DNA of 64,000 bases from Eledone cirrhosa (lineage: Eukaryota). This document shows, piece by piece, positions 22,179 to 36,000 of the stretch. The stretch is from positions 301,320,001 through 301,384,000 of the forward strand of contig OZ024742.1 in assembly GCA_964016885.1 (NCBI GenBank), read 5' to 3'. Every line of letters starts with the position of its first letter. Positions within the stretch are counted from its first letter, which is position 1. Both the position numbers and the translations under genes were made by a program. The notes below the pieces were generated by a model. That model saw only the letters and a list, made by a program, of their open reading frames with translations, was not told where the DNA came from and did no database searches.

Positions 22179-25100
22179 TCATCATCATCATCATCATCAC
22201 CGTTTTACGTCTGTTCTTCCATGCTAGCATGGGTTAGACGGGTTGTCCTGTTGTGGGCAGTGTCTGGTCGACTGACCATGCCTTGCTCATACAGGAACTG
22301 ATTTGGCTTGATTTCTACAGCTGGATGCCCTTCCTAACACCAACCTCATTTACAGTGAGTGCTGGGTGCTTTTTCGTGGCGCCTACACGTCCACTTTACA
22401 GTGTGGGCTGGGTGCTTTTTTGCCATGGCACCTCCACGACCACCTTGAAGTGGGGAGTGTGGGGGCATATTGTCTATATGCTTCAGCTTGTACCCATGGG
22501 AGGTCGGGTACTCTGTATTACTGCATGATGCCAGAGGTCACGGTCGTGTGTCATCGCCTTTGAGAGGTGTAATTGGGTAAGGTCGGCTTTTATCACCTCA
22601 GCCCAGGTCATCTTGGGTCTCCCCACTCCGCGGTTTCCATCGACTTCTAGTGCTCTGCATCTTTTTATGCAGCTGTCATCCTTCATACGCATCACATGTC
22701 CATACCAACGCAACCGCCTCTCCTGCACACAGCATTTGATTCCTCTTATGCTCAGTCTCTCTCTCAATTCATTTATGCTTTGTCGTTCGCGTATATTACT
22801 ATTACACATCCATCGGAGCATGCAGGCTTCGTTTCTCTCTAATCTACGTAAGTCTTCCACCTTCAGCGCCCAGGTCTCACTACCATGCAACATCACTGTT
22901 CGATACACGCATCATACAGTCTGTCTTTCATTTTGAGGGAGAAGCCTTTTGCAGCTAGCAGTGGTAGTAGTTCCCTAAACTTCTTCCATCCCATTCTTAC
23001 CCTAGTTATTGTACTTTCTGAACACCCACCTCCACTGCTAATTCGGTCACCTAGGTAGCAGAAGCTGTCTACTGTTTCTACAGAGCCCTCCCAGAGATTG
23101 GTGGTACTTGTTTCCTGTGGCTGTTTGCTGCTTGCATGTGAAGCCTACATTCTTAATTAAGCTTCCTGATATCCCGCTACATCTCTTGTGTACCCATTGT
23201 TTGCATTTGGGGCAGAGAATGGAGTTCCTACCTACACCTTTCCTACATACTGAGCAAGGCCATTTCCCTGAGGGGATCTGGGTTCTGTTTTCTCGTCTAC
23301 TTACAAGGACCTTAGTCTTTGTCATGTTGACTTTGAGACCCTTTCTTTCTAGTCCCTGCTTCCAAATTTGAAATTTCTTCTCTAGTTCTACCATATATTC
23401 AGCTATAAGTGCGAGGTCATCAGCATACAGGAGTTCCCATGGGCATCCGGTCTTAAACTCCTCCGTTATTGCCTGCAGGACTATGATGAACAGGAGGGGG
23501 CTAAGAACAGAGCCCTGGTGGACCCCAACCTGTACGCTAAATTCCTCGCTATACTCATTGCTAATCCTAACTTTGCTGACTGCTCCCCTATACATGGCTT
23601 GTACCGCTTTCACAAGCCATTCATCTACTCCTAGTTTTCTAAGAGCCCACCAGATTACAGCACGTGGAACTCTGTCAAAGGCTTTCTCGAGGTCGACAAA
23701 TGCCAGGTAGAGTGGCTGACTTTTAGCTAGGTACTTTTCCTGTAACTTCCTGACAAGGAAGAGGGCATCAGTGGTGCCTCTTCCTGGTACAAACCCAAAT
23801 TGCATCTCGTCTAGTTTCACCCGGTCCCTAATCAGCTGTGCTATAACTCTTTCTGTTACTTTCATGACCTGGTCCATCAGCTTTATACCTCTATAGTTTC
23901 CTCTATCTAGTGCATCACCTTTACCTTTGTAGCAGTTGACAATGATGCTACTGCACCAATCTTTTGGTATGACACCTAGTATTACCTGGTTAACAATACG
24001 TGTGGTTATAGTGTGACCTACTACCCAGATGCCTTCAGCATCTCGGCAGCTATACCCGATGGACCGGTTGCCTTCCCCATCTTCATATCTTTGGTTGCCT
24101 TACTTACTACGCTGCTGCTGACTTGTACTGCTGGCCCCTCTATAGGGTCTCTTCTTCCCATGCATTCTCCTCATTTAGTAATCTATCATAATGACTCTTC
24201 CATGCATCTTTCTTCTCAGCACTTGTGAGGGCAAGCTCACCTTTATCATTCCGGATACACTTCTCTCCAATGACATCACAATTCTCTCTGACACACTGCC
24301 TCGCAATCTTGAACACCTCCTGTTTCTGGTCCTCACGTTGCAAAACATGCTTGAATTTTCTATCCTCTGCTTCCCTCCTAGCTAAGTATACTTGTCGCCT
24401 AGCTTCCCTCTTGGTCTCTATGTAATGTACCCTGCTCCCCCCATTCTTCCATTCTTTCCATGCCTGTCTCTTGGCCTTAACTGCCTCATCTACCTTATTG
24501 TTCCACCACCAAGTCACTCTCCTCCTGCTTGAGGTCTTACTCCAGCCACAGACCTCATCCGTCGCCTCTAGTAAGTTATTTTTTAGGAACTCCCAGTTCT
24601 CTTCTACATTGAATGTCTCTATTTGTTCTTCTTTACTGTCGTAGGCGTTGAGTAAAATATCTTTAAATCTGTTACTGGTTGAGGGGTCTTTCATCTTCCA
24701 GATCTTTCTTCTCCAGGTTGGCCTCTATTTCCAGGTTCGTCTAGTTCTGACTGTGAGGTCGCTGACAACTAAGCTATGTTGGGATGTACATTCCTCACTA
24801 GGGAAGGCTTTTGTGTTTACGACCGTCCATCTGTCACATCCTCTAATGAGGATAAAATCTATCTGACTAGAGTGCTCCCCTGATCTATAGGTGATCAGGT
24901 GGTTGTCGGGTTTTTTGAAGTTTGTGTTACATATCGACATGTCATTGGCGTCGCAGAATTCTAGAAGTCTGAATCCTTCCTCATTTTTCGTGCCAACCCC
25001 ATGGCCTCCATGGACTCTATTGAAGCCGTCGCAGTGTTTACCTACGTGTCCGTTAAAATCTCCTGCAATGATTAGGAAGTCATTGTAGTTTGTTAGAGCA

Positions 25101-25575
25101 GTAGTGTGCATTAGGGACTCGTAAAACCTATCTTTAAGCTCGTCTGGCAACCCCGATTGGGGTGCGTAAGCTGATATTATTATGGTAATTGTTTTATTCA
25201 GGACTAGTCTGAGTTTAATGATTCTTGCATTTACCCTGTACACTGAGATTACTTTATCTACCCACTTGTCAGCTAGTAGTATACCTACACCACCCATCCC
25301 ATCGTCATTTCCCACCCAGAACAATTTGTAGCACCGAATTTTTCCTACAAGGACTCTAGTAGACTCTCCTCTCCATCTAGTCTCTTGCACACAGCATACA
25401 TCAATTTCCTTTCGCTCTAGCATTTCTACGATTTCTCCTGCTCTTCCTTTCATTGTGCCTACATTGATGGTACCAACTCGGAGTTTTGGGCATTTGTCGA
25501 CACTCGTAGGGAAGGGTCTCTGGATTGGCGCTTCACATGGGTGCTTGGTAGCTCGCAGATTCATATTTCATCTAT
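22179..25575 (-). mobile_element. Near full-length RTE LINE of a second subfamily, frameshifted
   Basis: ORF pieces 24725-25564 (APE), 24140-24694, 23047-23877 (RT, YADD, truncated PHD), 22483-22908; (GAT)n tail at 22179-22200. Confidence 0.9.
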
Positions 25576-25601
25576 TAATTATATATATATATATATATAT
25601 A

Positions 25602-25641
<40 letters not shown>

Positions 25642-25649
25642 TGATGCTG

Positions 25650-25689
<40 letters not shown>

Positions 25690-25692
<3 letters not shown>

Positions 25693-25920
25693 TTCCAAGA
25701 GATGCCAACATGAATGGACCTGTTATTTTTATCTAAAGACATTTTTTCCAATTCCACCCATCCCTTCAATCTATCTTATTTCTCATTCTTTCTTCTAATG
25801 AAGGACTAGCGTCCGAAACGTTATGACCCTCTTGCTGCTATTTCAAGCGTTAGACTAATATATTCTTTCCATATACTGTACTGATTGTGTTGTTATTTCT
25901 GTTTACCTTTTACATTCATA
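25690..25920 (+). mobile_element. PLE 3'-end remnant with variant hammerhead motif
   Basis: CTAATGA-A-GGAC-TAGC-GTCC-GAAA-CGTTA at 25795-25823; flanked by (TA)n. Confidence 0.55.
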
Positions 25921-25933
25921 TATATATATATAT

Positions 25934-26694
25934 ATATGAAAATAAACGTGCTGCGGCGTTGCTAATGGGTTACATATGAATAAAGTTGGTCCTTCATCAG
26001 TGATCTTCCAACCATCATTGGTATTTCATCGCTTTAAAGACCATATACCTCCGGTTGGTGCGAGCAACGGCTAAAAGAAGTCGTTGGGACACGTAAATAA
26101 AGGGGACAAGAGTGTAAACAACAAAAATGGTGAGCAACGAAAAGTGAGGAAGAAGAAGTCAAGTCCCAAATTTCTATGAATTTAAATTCGGTGAAATCGT
26201 GAACGAGAGAGAATAAAGACCATCAAACCTGGTTGGAATGTAAGCAAGGAAGGAATTCCGTACAGGTCTAACGGGAGGAAGAAGAGATCTAGTCTATGAT
26301 TTCGGTGAACGTGAGTACTGTGAAATCGTAGACGAGAGAGAGAAAAAGAACGACCTGCTAGACCAAGAGTGCGAAAGAAAAGAATTACGCACAGGTCAAA
26401 CAGGAAGGAGGAGGAGAGGTAGTAACAGAGAATGAGTGAGTGAAGGGTGAGGAGGAGGCTAGCAGAGAGAATGACTGCTAGAGAGGGTAAAGATACAGAG
26501 AAAGAGGAAGCGGTAAGAACGAAATAGACGTGTAACAGCGGGGAAAAAAATATGTGTAAATATGAAAATAAACGTGCTGCGGCGTTGCTAATGGGTTACA
26601 TATGAATAAAGTTAGTCCTTCATCAGTGATCTTCCAACCGTCATTGGTATTTCATCGCTTTAAAGACCATATACCTCCTGTTGGTGCGAGCAAC
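25934..26694 (-). mobile_element. ~760-bp non-coding element with 135-bp terminal direct repeats
   Basis: 25934-26068 and 26560-26694 differ at 3 positions; flanked by ACCTTTTACAT(T/C)CATA at 25905 and 26693 (TSD-like); strand inferred. Confidence 0.65.
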
Positions 26695-26885
26695 CTTTTA
26701 CATCCATAAATATATATATATATATATATGGATGTAAAAGGCAATATATATATGTACATGTGTGCATGCACATGTGTATGTATGTGTATCTATGTACTTG
26801 TGTGTGTGTACCTATGTGCTTGTGTGTGTGTTTATATAAAGCTTATCTTTTGATTAATTTAAGTTTCAAAATTTATTTTTTGAAG

Positions 26886-26972
26886 AAAGGAGAGAAAATG
26901 TCCACTGCTGAGGCCAAATTACTGATTGAAGAACTTAATGTTGACAGTAACAGAATGGTAAACTATAAAACA
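26886..26972 (+). CDS. EFCAB7: EFCAB7 coding exon 4
   Basis: TTTTTGAAG acceptor; KGEKMSTAEAKLLIEELNVDSNRMVNYKT vs vertebrate RGEKMTREEVNAIINLADVNADGKFDYIK; donor ACA|GTGAGT, phase 0-0. Confidence 0.92.
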
Positions 26973-27043
26973 GTGAGTAGTTTCTCTTTATTTTGAAGTA
27001 TTTACAGACCAGATAAGTGATATCGACAGATGTCAGAGGGAAG

Positions 27044-30000
27044 AGTCTATATCAATGGGGGAGTCTATATTAGTGGGTGTATCTATATTAGTGAGTGTGT
27101 CTATATCAGTGGGTAAGTCTATATCAGTAGGCAGAGTCGATATCAATGGGGGGACTGTATATCAGTAGGTGTGTGTATATTACTATGTTAATCTATATCA
27201 GTTGATGTGTCTATATTAGTGGGTGTGTCTATATTAGTAGGTGTGTCTATATTAGTATGTTAATCTATATCAGTTGATTAGTGGGTGTGTCTATATCAGT
27301 AAGTGTGTCTATATCAGTTGATGTGTCTATATCAGTAGGTGTGTCTATATCAGTAGGTGTGTCTAGATTAGTATGTTAATCTATATCAGTTGATGTGTCT
27401 ATCAGTTTATGTGCCTATATCAGTTGATGTGTCTAGATCAGTAGGTGTGTCTATATCAGTAGGTGTGTCTATATAAGTTGATGTGTCTATATCAGTTGAT
27501 GTGTCTATATCAGTAGGTGTGTCTATATCAGTAGGTGTGTCTATATCAGTAGGTGTGCCTATATCAGTTTATGTGCCTATATCAGTTGATGTGTCTATAT
27601 CAGTAGGTGTGTCTATATCAGTAGGTGTGTCTATATCAGTTGATGTGCCTATATCAGTAGGTGTGTCTATATCAGTAGCTGTGTCTATATCAGTAGGTGT
27701 GCCTATATCAGTAGGTGTGTCTATATGAGTTGATGTGTCTATATCAGTAGGTGTGTCTATATCAGTAGGTGTGTCTATATCAGTAGGTGTGTCTATATCA
27801 GTAGGTGTGCCTATATCAGTAGGTGTGTCTATATCAGTAGGTGTGTCTATATCAGTAGGTGTGTCTATATCAGTAGGTGTGCCTACATCAGTTGATGTGC
27901 CTATATCAGTTGATGTGCCTATATCAGTAGGTGTGTCTATATCTGTAGGTGTGTCTATATTAGTAGGTGTGTCTATATCAGTAGGTGTGTCTATATCAGT
28001 AGGTGTGTCTATATCAGTTGATGTGTCTATATCAGTAGGTGTGTCTATATCAGTAGGTGTGTCTATATCAGTTGATGTGTCTATATCAGTAGGTGTGTCT
28101 ATATCAGTAGGTGTGCCTATATCAGTTGATGTGCCTATATCAGTAGGTGTGTCTATATCAGTAGGTGTGTCTATATCAGTAGGTGTGTCTATATCAGTAG
28201 GTGTGTCTATATCAGTAGGTGTGTCTATATCAGTAGATGTGTCTATATCAGTTGATGTGCCTATATCAGTTGATGTGCCTATATCAGTAGGTGTGTCTAT
28301 ATCAGTAGGTGTGTCTATATAAGTTGATGTGCCTATATCAGTTGATGTGTCTATATCAGTAGGTGTGTCTATATCAGTAGGTGTGTCTATATCAGTAGGT
28401 GTGTCTATATCAGGTGTGTCTATAACAGTTGATCTGCCTATATCAGTTGATGTGCCTATATCAGTTGATGTGTCTATATGAGTAGGTGTGTCTATATCAG
28501 TAGGTGTGTCTATATCAGTAGGTGTGTCTATATCAGTAGGTCTGTCTATATCAGTAGGTGTGCCTATATCAGTTGATGTGTCTATATCAGTTGATGTGTC
28601 TATATGAGTAGGTGTGTCTATATCAGTAGGTGTGTCTATATCAGTAGGTGTGTCTATAACAGTTGATCTGCCTATATCAGTTGATGTGCCTATATCAGTT
28701 GATGTGTCTATATGAGTAGGTGTGTCTATATCAGTAGGTGTGTCTATATCAGTAGGTGTGTCTATATCAGTAGGTGTGTCTATATCAGTAGATGTGCCTA
28801 TATCAGTTGATGTGTCTATATCAGTTGATGTGTCTATATGAGTAGGTGTGTCTATATCAGTAGGTGTGTCTATATCAGTTGATGTGCCTATATCAGTAGG
28901 TGTGTCTATATCAGTAGGTGTGCCTATATCAGTTGATGTGCCTATATCAGTAGGTGTGTCTATATCAGTAGGTGTGTCTATATCAGTTGATGTGTCTATA
29001 TCAGTAGGTGTGTCTATATCAGTTGATGTGTATATCAGTAGGTGTGCCTATATCAGTTGATGTGCCTATATCAGTAGGTGTGTCTATATCAGTAGGTGTG
29101 TCTATATCAGTAGGTGTGCCTATATCAGTAGGTGTGTCTATATCAGTAGGTGTGTCTATATCAGTTGATGTGTCTATATCAGTAGGTGTGTCTATATCAG
29201 TAGGTGTGTCTATATCAGTAGGTGTGTCTATATCAGTAGGTGTGTCTATATCAGTTGATGTGTCTATATCAGTAGGTGTGTCTATATCAGTTGATGTGTA
29301 TATCAGTAGGTGTGCCTATATCAGTTGATGTGCCTATATTAGTAGGTGTGTCTATATCAGTAGGTGTGTCTATATCAGTAGGTGTGTCTATATCAGTTGA
29401 TGTGCCTATATCAGTAGGTGTGTCTATATCAGTAGCTGTGTCTATATCAGTAGGTGTGTCTATATCAGTAGGTGTGTCTATATCAGTTGATGTGTCTATA
29501 TCAGTAGGTGTGTCTATATCAGTTGATGTGTATATCAGTAGGTGTGCCTATATCAGTTGATGTGCCTATATCAGTAGGTGTGTCTATATCAGTAGGTGTG
29601 TCTATATCAGTAGGTGTGCCTATATCAGTAGGTGTGTCTATATCAGTAGGTGTGTCTATATCAGTTGATGTGTCTATATCAGTAGGTGTGTCTATATCAG
29701 TAGGTGTGTCTATATCAGTAGGTGTGTCTATATCAGTAGGTGTGTCTATATCAGTTGATGTGTCTATATCAGTAGGTGTGTCTATATCAGTTGATGTGTA
29801 TATCAGTAGGTGTGCCTATATCAGTTGATGTGTCTATATCAGTAGGTGTGTCTATATCAGTAGGTGTGTCTATATCAGTTGATGTGTCTATATCAGTAGG
29901 TGTGTCTATATCAGTTGATGTGTATATCAGTAGGTGTGCCTATATCAGTTGATGTGCCTATATTAGTAGGTGTGTCTATATCAGTAGGTGTGTCTATATC

Positions 30001-33000
30001 AGTAGGTGGGTCTATATCAGTTGATGTGCCTATATCAGTAGGTGTGTCTATATCAGTAGCTGTGTCTATATCAGTAGGTGTGCCTATATCAGTAGGTGTG
30101 TCTATATCAGTTGATGTGTCTATATCAGTAGGTGTGTCTATATCAGTAGGTGTGTCTATATCAGTAGGTGTGTCTATATCAGTAGGTGTGCCTATATCAG
30201 TAGGTGTGTCTATATCAGTAGGTGTGTCTATATCAGTAGGTGTGTCTATATCAGTAGGTGTGCCTATATCAGTTGATGTGCCTATATCAGTTGATGTGCC
30301 TATATCAGTAGGTGTGTCTATATCTGTAGGTGTGTCTATATTAGTAGGTGTGTCTATATCAGTAGGTGTGTCTATATCAGTAGGTGTGTCTATATCAGTT
30401 GATGTGTCTATATCAGTAGGTGTGTCTATATCAGTAGGTGTGTCTATATCAGTTGATGTGTCTATATCAGTAGGTGTGTCTATATCAGTAGGTGTGCCTA
30501 TATCAGTTGATGTGCCTATATCAGTAGGTGTGTCTATATCAGTAGGTGTGTCTATATCAGTAGGTGTGTCTATATCAGTAGGTGTGTCTATATCAGTAGG
30601 TGTGTCTATATCAGTAGATGTGTCTATATCAGTTGATGTGCCTATATCAGTTGATGTGCCTATATCAGTAGGTGTGTCTATATCAGTAGGTGTGTCTATA
30701 TAAGTTGATGTGCCTATATCAGTTGATGTGTCTATATCAGTAGGTGTGTCTATATCAGTAGGTGTGTCTATATCAGTAGGTGTGTCTATATCAGTAGGTG
30801 TGTCTATAACAGTTGATCTGCCTATATCAGTTGATGTGCCTATATCAGTTGATGTGTCTATATGAGTAGGTGTGTCTATATCAGTAGGTGTGTCTATATC
30901 AGTAGGTGTGTCTATATCAGTAGGTCTGTCTATATCAGTAGGTGTGCCTATATCAGTTGATGTGTCTATATCAGTTGATGTGTCTATATGAGTAGGTGTG
31001 TCTATATCAGTAGGTGTGTCTATATCAGTAGGTGTGTCTATAACAGTTGATCTGCCTATATCAGTTGATGTGCCTATATCAGTTGATGTGTCTATATGAG
31101 TAGGTGTGTCTATATCAGTAGGTGTGTCTATATCAGTAGGTGTGTCTATATCAGTAGGTGTGTCTATATCAGTAGGTGTGCCTATATCAGTTGATGTGTC
31201 TATATCAGTTGATGTGTCTATATGAGTAGGTGTGTCTATATCAGTAGGTGTGTCTATATCAGTTGATGTGCCTATATCAGTAGGTGTGTCTATATCAGTA
31301 GGTGTGCCTATATCAGTTGATGTGCCTATATCAGTAGGTGTGTCTATATCAGTAGGTGTGCCTATATCAGTAGGTGTGTCTATATCAGTAGGTGTGTCTA
31401 TATCAGTTGATGTGTCTATATCAGTAGGTGTGTCTATATCAGTAGGTGTGTCTATATCAGTAGGTGTGTCTATATCAGTAGGTGTGTCTATATCAGTTGA
31501 TGTGTCTATATCAGTAGGTGTGTCTATATCAGTTGATGTGTATATCAGTAGGTGTGCCTATATCAGTTGATGTGCCTATATTAGTAGGTGTGTCTATATC
31601 AGTAGGTGTGTCTATATCAGTAGGTGTGTCTATATCAGTAGGTGTGTCTATATCAGAAGGTGTGTCTATATCAGTAGGTGTGTCTATATCAGTTGATGTG
31701 TCTATATCAGTAGGTGTGTCTATATCAGTAGGTGTGTCTATATCAGTAGGTGTGTCTATATCAGTTGATGTGTCTATATCAGTAGGTGTGTCTATATCAG
31801 TTGATGTGCCTATATCAGTAGGTGTGCCTATATCAGTAGGTGTGTCTATATCAGTAGGTGTGTCTATATCAGTTGATGTGTCTATATCAGTAGGTGTGTC
31901 TATATCAGTTGATGTGTCTATATCAGTAGGTGTGTCTATATCAGTAGGTGTGCCTATATCAGTGGCTGTGTCTATATCAGTAGGTGTGTCTATATCAGTT
32001 GATGTGCCTATATCAGTAGGTGTGTCTATATCAGTAGGTGTGCCTATATCAGTAGGTGTGCCTATATCAGTTGGTGTGCCTATATCAGTAGGTGTGTCTA
32101 TATCAGTTGATGTGTCTATATCAGTAGGTGTGTCTATATCAGTTGATATGCCTATATCAGTAGGTGTGTCTATATCAGTAGGTGTGTCTATATCAGTAGC
32201 TGTGTCTATATCAGTAGGTGTGTCTATATCAGTTGATGTGTCTATATCAGTAGGTGTGTCTATATCAGTTGATGTGTCTATATCAGTAGGTGTGTCTATA
32301 TCAGTAGGTGTGTCTATATCAGTAGGTGTGTCTATATCAGTAGGTGTGTCTATATCAGTAGGTGTGCCTATATCAGTTGATGTGTCTATATCAGTAGGTG
32401 TGTCTATATAAGTTGATGTGCCTATATCAGTAGGTGTGTCTATATCAGTAGGTGTGCCTATATCAGTTGATGTGCCTATATCAGTAGGTGTGTCTATATC
32501 AGTAGGTGTGTCTATATCAGTAGGTGTGTATATATCAGTTGATGTGCCTATATCAGTAGGTGTGTCTATATCAGTAGGTGTGCCTATATCAGTTGATGTG
32601 CCTATATCAGTAGGTGTGTCTATAACAGTTGATCTGCCTATATCAGTTGATGTGCCTATATCAGTTGATGTGTCTATATGAGTAGGTGTGTCTATATCAG
32701 TAGGTGTGTCTATATCAGTAGGTGTGTCTATATCAGTAGGTGTGTCTATATCAGTAGGTGTGCCTATATCAGTTGATGTGTCTATATCAGTTGATGTGTC
32801 TATATGAGTAGGTGTGTCTATATCAGTAGGTGTGTCTATATCAGTTGATGTGCCTATATCAGTAGGTGTGTCTATATCAGTAGGTGTGCCTATATCAGTT
32901 GATGTGCCTATATCAGTAGGTGTGTCTATATCAGTAGGTGTGTCTATATCAGTTGATGTGTCTATATCAGTAGGTTTGTCTATATCAGTTGATGTGTATA

Positions 33001-36000
33001 TCAGTAGGTGTGCCTATATCAGTTGATGTGCCTATATCAGTAGGTGTGTCTATATCAGTAGGTGTGTCTGTATCAGTAGGTGTGCCTATATCAGTAGGTG
33101 TGTCTATATCAGTAGGTGTGTCTATATCAGTTGATGTGTCTATATCAGTAGGTGTGTCTATATCAGTAGGTGTGTCTATATCAGTAGGTGTGTCTATATC
33201 AGTAGGTGTGTCTATATCAGTTGATGTGTCTATATCAGTAGGTGTGTCTATATCAGTTGATGTGTATATCAGTAGGTGTGCCTATATCAGTTGATGTGCC
33301 TATATTAGTAGGTGTGTCTATATCATTAGGTGTGTCTATATCAGTAGGTGTGCCTATATCAGTTGATGTGCCTATATCAGTAGGTGTGTCTATATCAGTA
33401 GGTGTGTCTGTATCAGTAGGTGTGCCTATATCAGTAGGTGTGTCTATATCAGTAGGTGTGTCTATATCAGTTGATGTGTCTATATCAGTAGGTGTGTCTA
33501 TATCAGTAGGTGTGTCTATATCAGTAGGTGTGTCTATATCAGTAGGTGTGTCTATATCAGTTGATGTGTCTATATCAGTAGGTGTGTCTATATCAGTTGA
33601 TGTGTATATCAGTAGGTGTGCCTATATTAGTAGGTGTGTCTATATCATTAGGTGTGTCTATATCAGTAGGTGTGCCTATATCAGTAGGTGTGTCTATATC
33701 AGTAGGTGTGTCTATATCAGTAGGTGTGTCTATATCAGTAGGTGTGTCTATATCAGTTGATGTGTCTATATCAGTAGGTGTGTCTATATCAGTTGATGTG
33801 TATATCAGTAGGTGTGCCTATATCAGTTGATGTGCCTATATTAGTAGGTGTGTCTATATCAGTAGGTGTGTCTATATCAGTAGGTGTGTCTATATCAGTT
33901 GATGTGCCTATATCAGTAGGTGTGTCTATATCAGTAGCTGTGTCTATATCAGTAGGTGTGTCTATATCAGTAGGTGTGTCTATATCAGTTGATGTGTCTA
34001 TATCAGTAGGTGTGTCTATATCAGTTGATGTGTATATCAGTAGGTGTGCCTATATCAGTTGATGTGCCTATATCAGTAGGTGTGTCTATATCAGTAGGTG
34101 TGTCTATATCAGTAGGTGTGTCTATATCAGTTGATGTGTCTATATCAGTAGGTGTGTCTATATCAGTTGATGTGTATATCAGTAGGTGTGCCTATATCAG
34201 TTGATGTGCCTATATTAGTAGGTGTGTCTATATCAGTAGGTGTGTCTATATCAGTAGGTGTGTCTATATCAGTTGATGTGTCTATATCAGTAGGTGTGTC
34301 TATATCAGTTGATGTGTCTATATCAGTAGGTGTGTCTATATCAGTAGGTGTGCCTATATCAGTGGCTGTGTCTATATCAGTAGGTGTGTCTATATCAGTT
34401 GATGTGCCTATATCAGTAGGTGTGTCTATATCAGTAGGTGTGCCTATATCAGTAGGTGTGCCTATATCAGTTGGTGTGCCTATATCAGTAGGTGTGTCTA
34501 TATCAGTTGATGTGTCTATATCAGTAGGTGTGTCTATATCAGTTGATATGCCTATATCAGTAGGTGTGTCTATATCAGTAGGTGTGTCTATATCAGTAGC
34601 TGTGTCTATATCAGTAGGTGTGTCTATATCAGTTGATGTGTCTATATCAGTAGGTGTGTCTATATCAGTTGATGTGTCTATATCAGTAGGTGTGTCTATA
34701 TCAGTAGGTGTGTCTATATCAGTAGGTGTGTCTATATCAGTAGGTGTGTCTATATCAGTAGGTGTGCCTATATCAGTTGATGTGTCTATATCAGTAGGTG
34801 TGTCTATATAAGTTGATGTGCCTATATCAGTAGGTGTGTCTATATCAGTAGGTGTGCCTATATCAGTTGATGTGCCTATATCAGTAGGTGTGTCTATATC
34901 AGTAGGTGTGTCTATATCAGTAGGTGTGTATATATCAGTTGATGTGCCTATATCAGTAGGTGTGTCTATATCAGTAGGTGTGCCTATATCAGTTGATGTG
35001 CCTATATCAGTAGGTGTGTCTATAACAGTTGATCTGCCTATATCAGTTGATGTGCCTATATCAGTTGATGTGTCTATATGAGTAGGTGTGTCTATATCAG
35101 TAGGTGTGTCTATATCAGTAGGTGTGTCTATATCAGTAGGTGTGTCTATATCAGTAGGTGTGCCTATATCAGTTGATGTGTCTATATCAGTTGATGTGTC
35201 TATATGAGTAGGTGTGTCTATATCAGTAGGTGTGTCTATATCAGTTGATGTGCCTATATCAGTAGGTGTGTCTATATCAGTAGGTGTGCCTATATCAGTT
35301 GATGTGCCTATATCAGTAGGTGTGTCTATATCAGTAGGTGTGTCTATATCAGTTGATGTGTCTATATCAGTAGGTGTGTCTATATCAGTTGATGTGTATA
35401 TCAGTAGGTGTGCCTATATCAGTTGATGTGCCTATATCAGTAGGTGTGTCTATATCAGTAGGTGTGTCTGTATCAGTAGGTGTGCCTATATCAGTAGGTG
35501 TGTCTATATCAGTAGGTGTGTCTATATCAGTTGATGTGTCTATATCAGTAGGTGTGTCTATATCAGTAGGTGTGTCTATATCAGTAGGTGTGTCTATATC
35601 AGTAAGTGTGTCTATATCAGTTGATGTGTCTATATCAGTAGGTGTGTCTATATCAGTTGATGTGTATATCAGTAGGTGTGCCTATATCAGTTGATGTGCC
35701 TATATTAGTAGGTGTGTCTATATCATTAGGTGTGTCTATATCAGTAGGTGTGCCTATATCAGTTGATGTGCCTATATCAGTAGGTGTGTCTATATCAGTA
35801 GGTGTGTCTGTATCAGTAGGTGTGCCTATATCAGTAGGTGTGTCTATATCAGTAGGTGTGTCTATATCAGTTGATGTGTCTATATCAGTAGGTGTGTCTA
35901 TATCAGTAGGTGTGTCTATATCAGTAGGTGTGTCTATATCAGTTGATGTGTCTATATCAGTAGGTGTGTCTATATCAGTTGATGTGTATATCAGTAGGTG

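Noticed and set aside
18584-25088. Numerous + strand ORFs over the RTE elements (and over CR1 at 6783-8358)
   Set aside because: Antisense shadows of the LINE coding frames.
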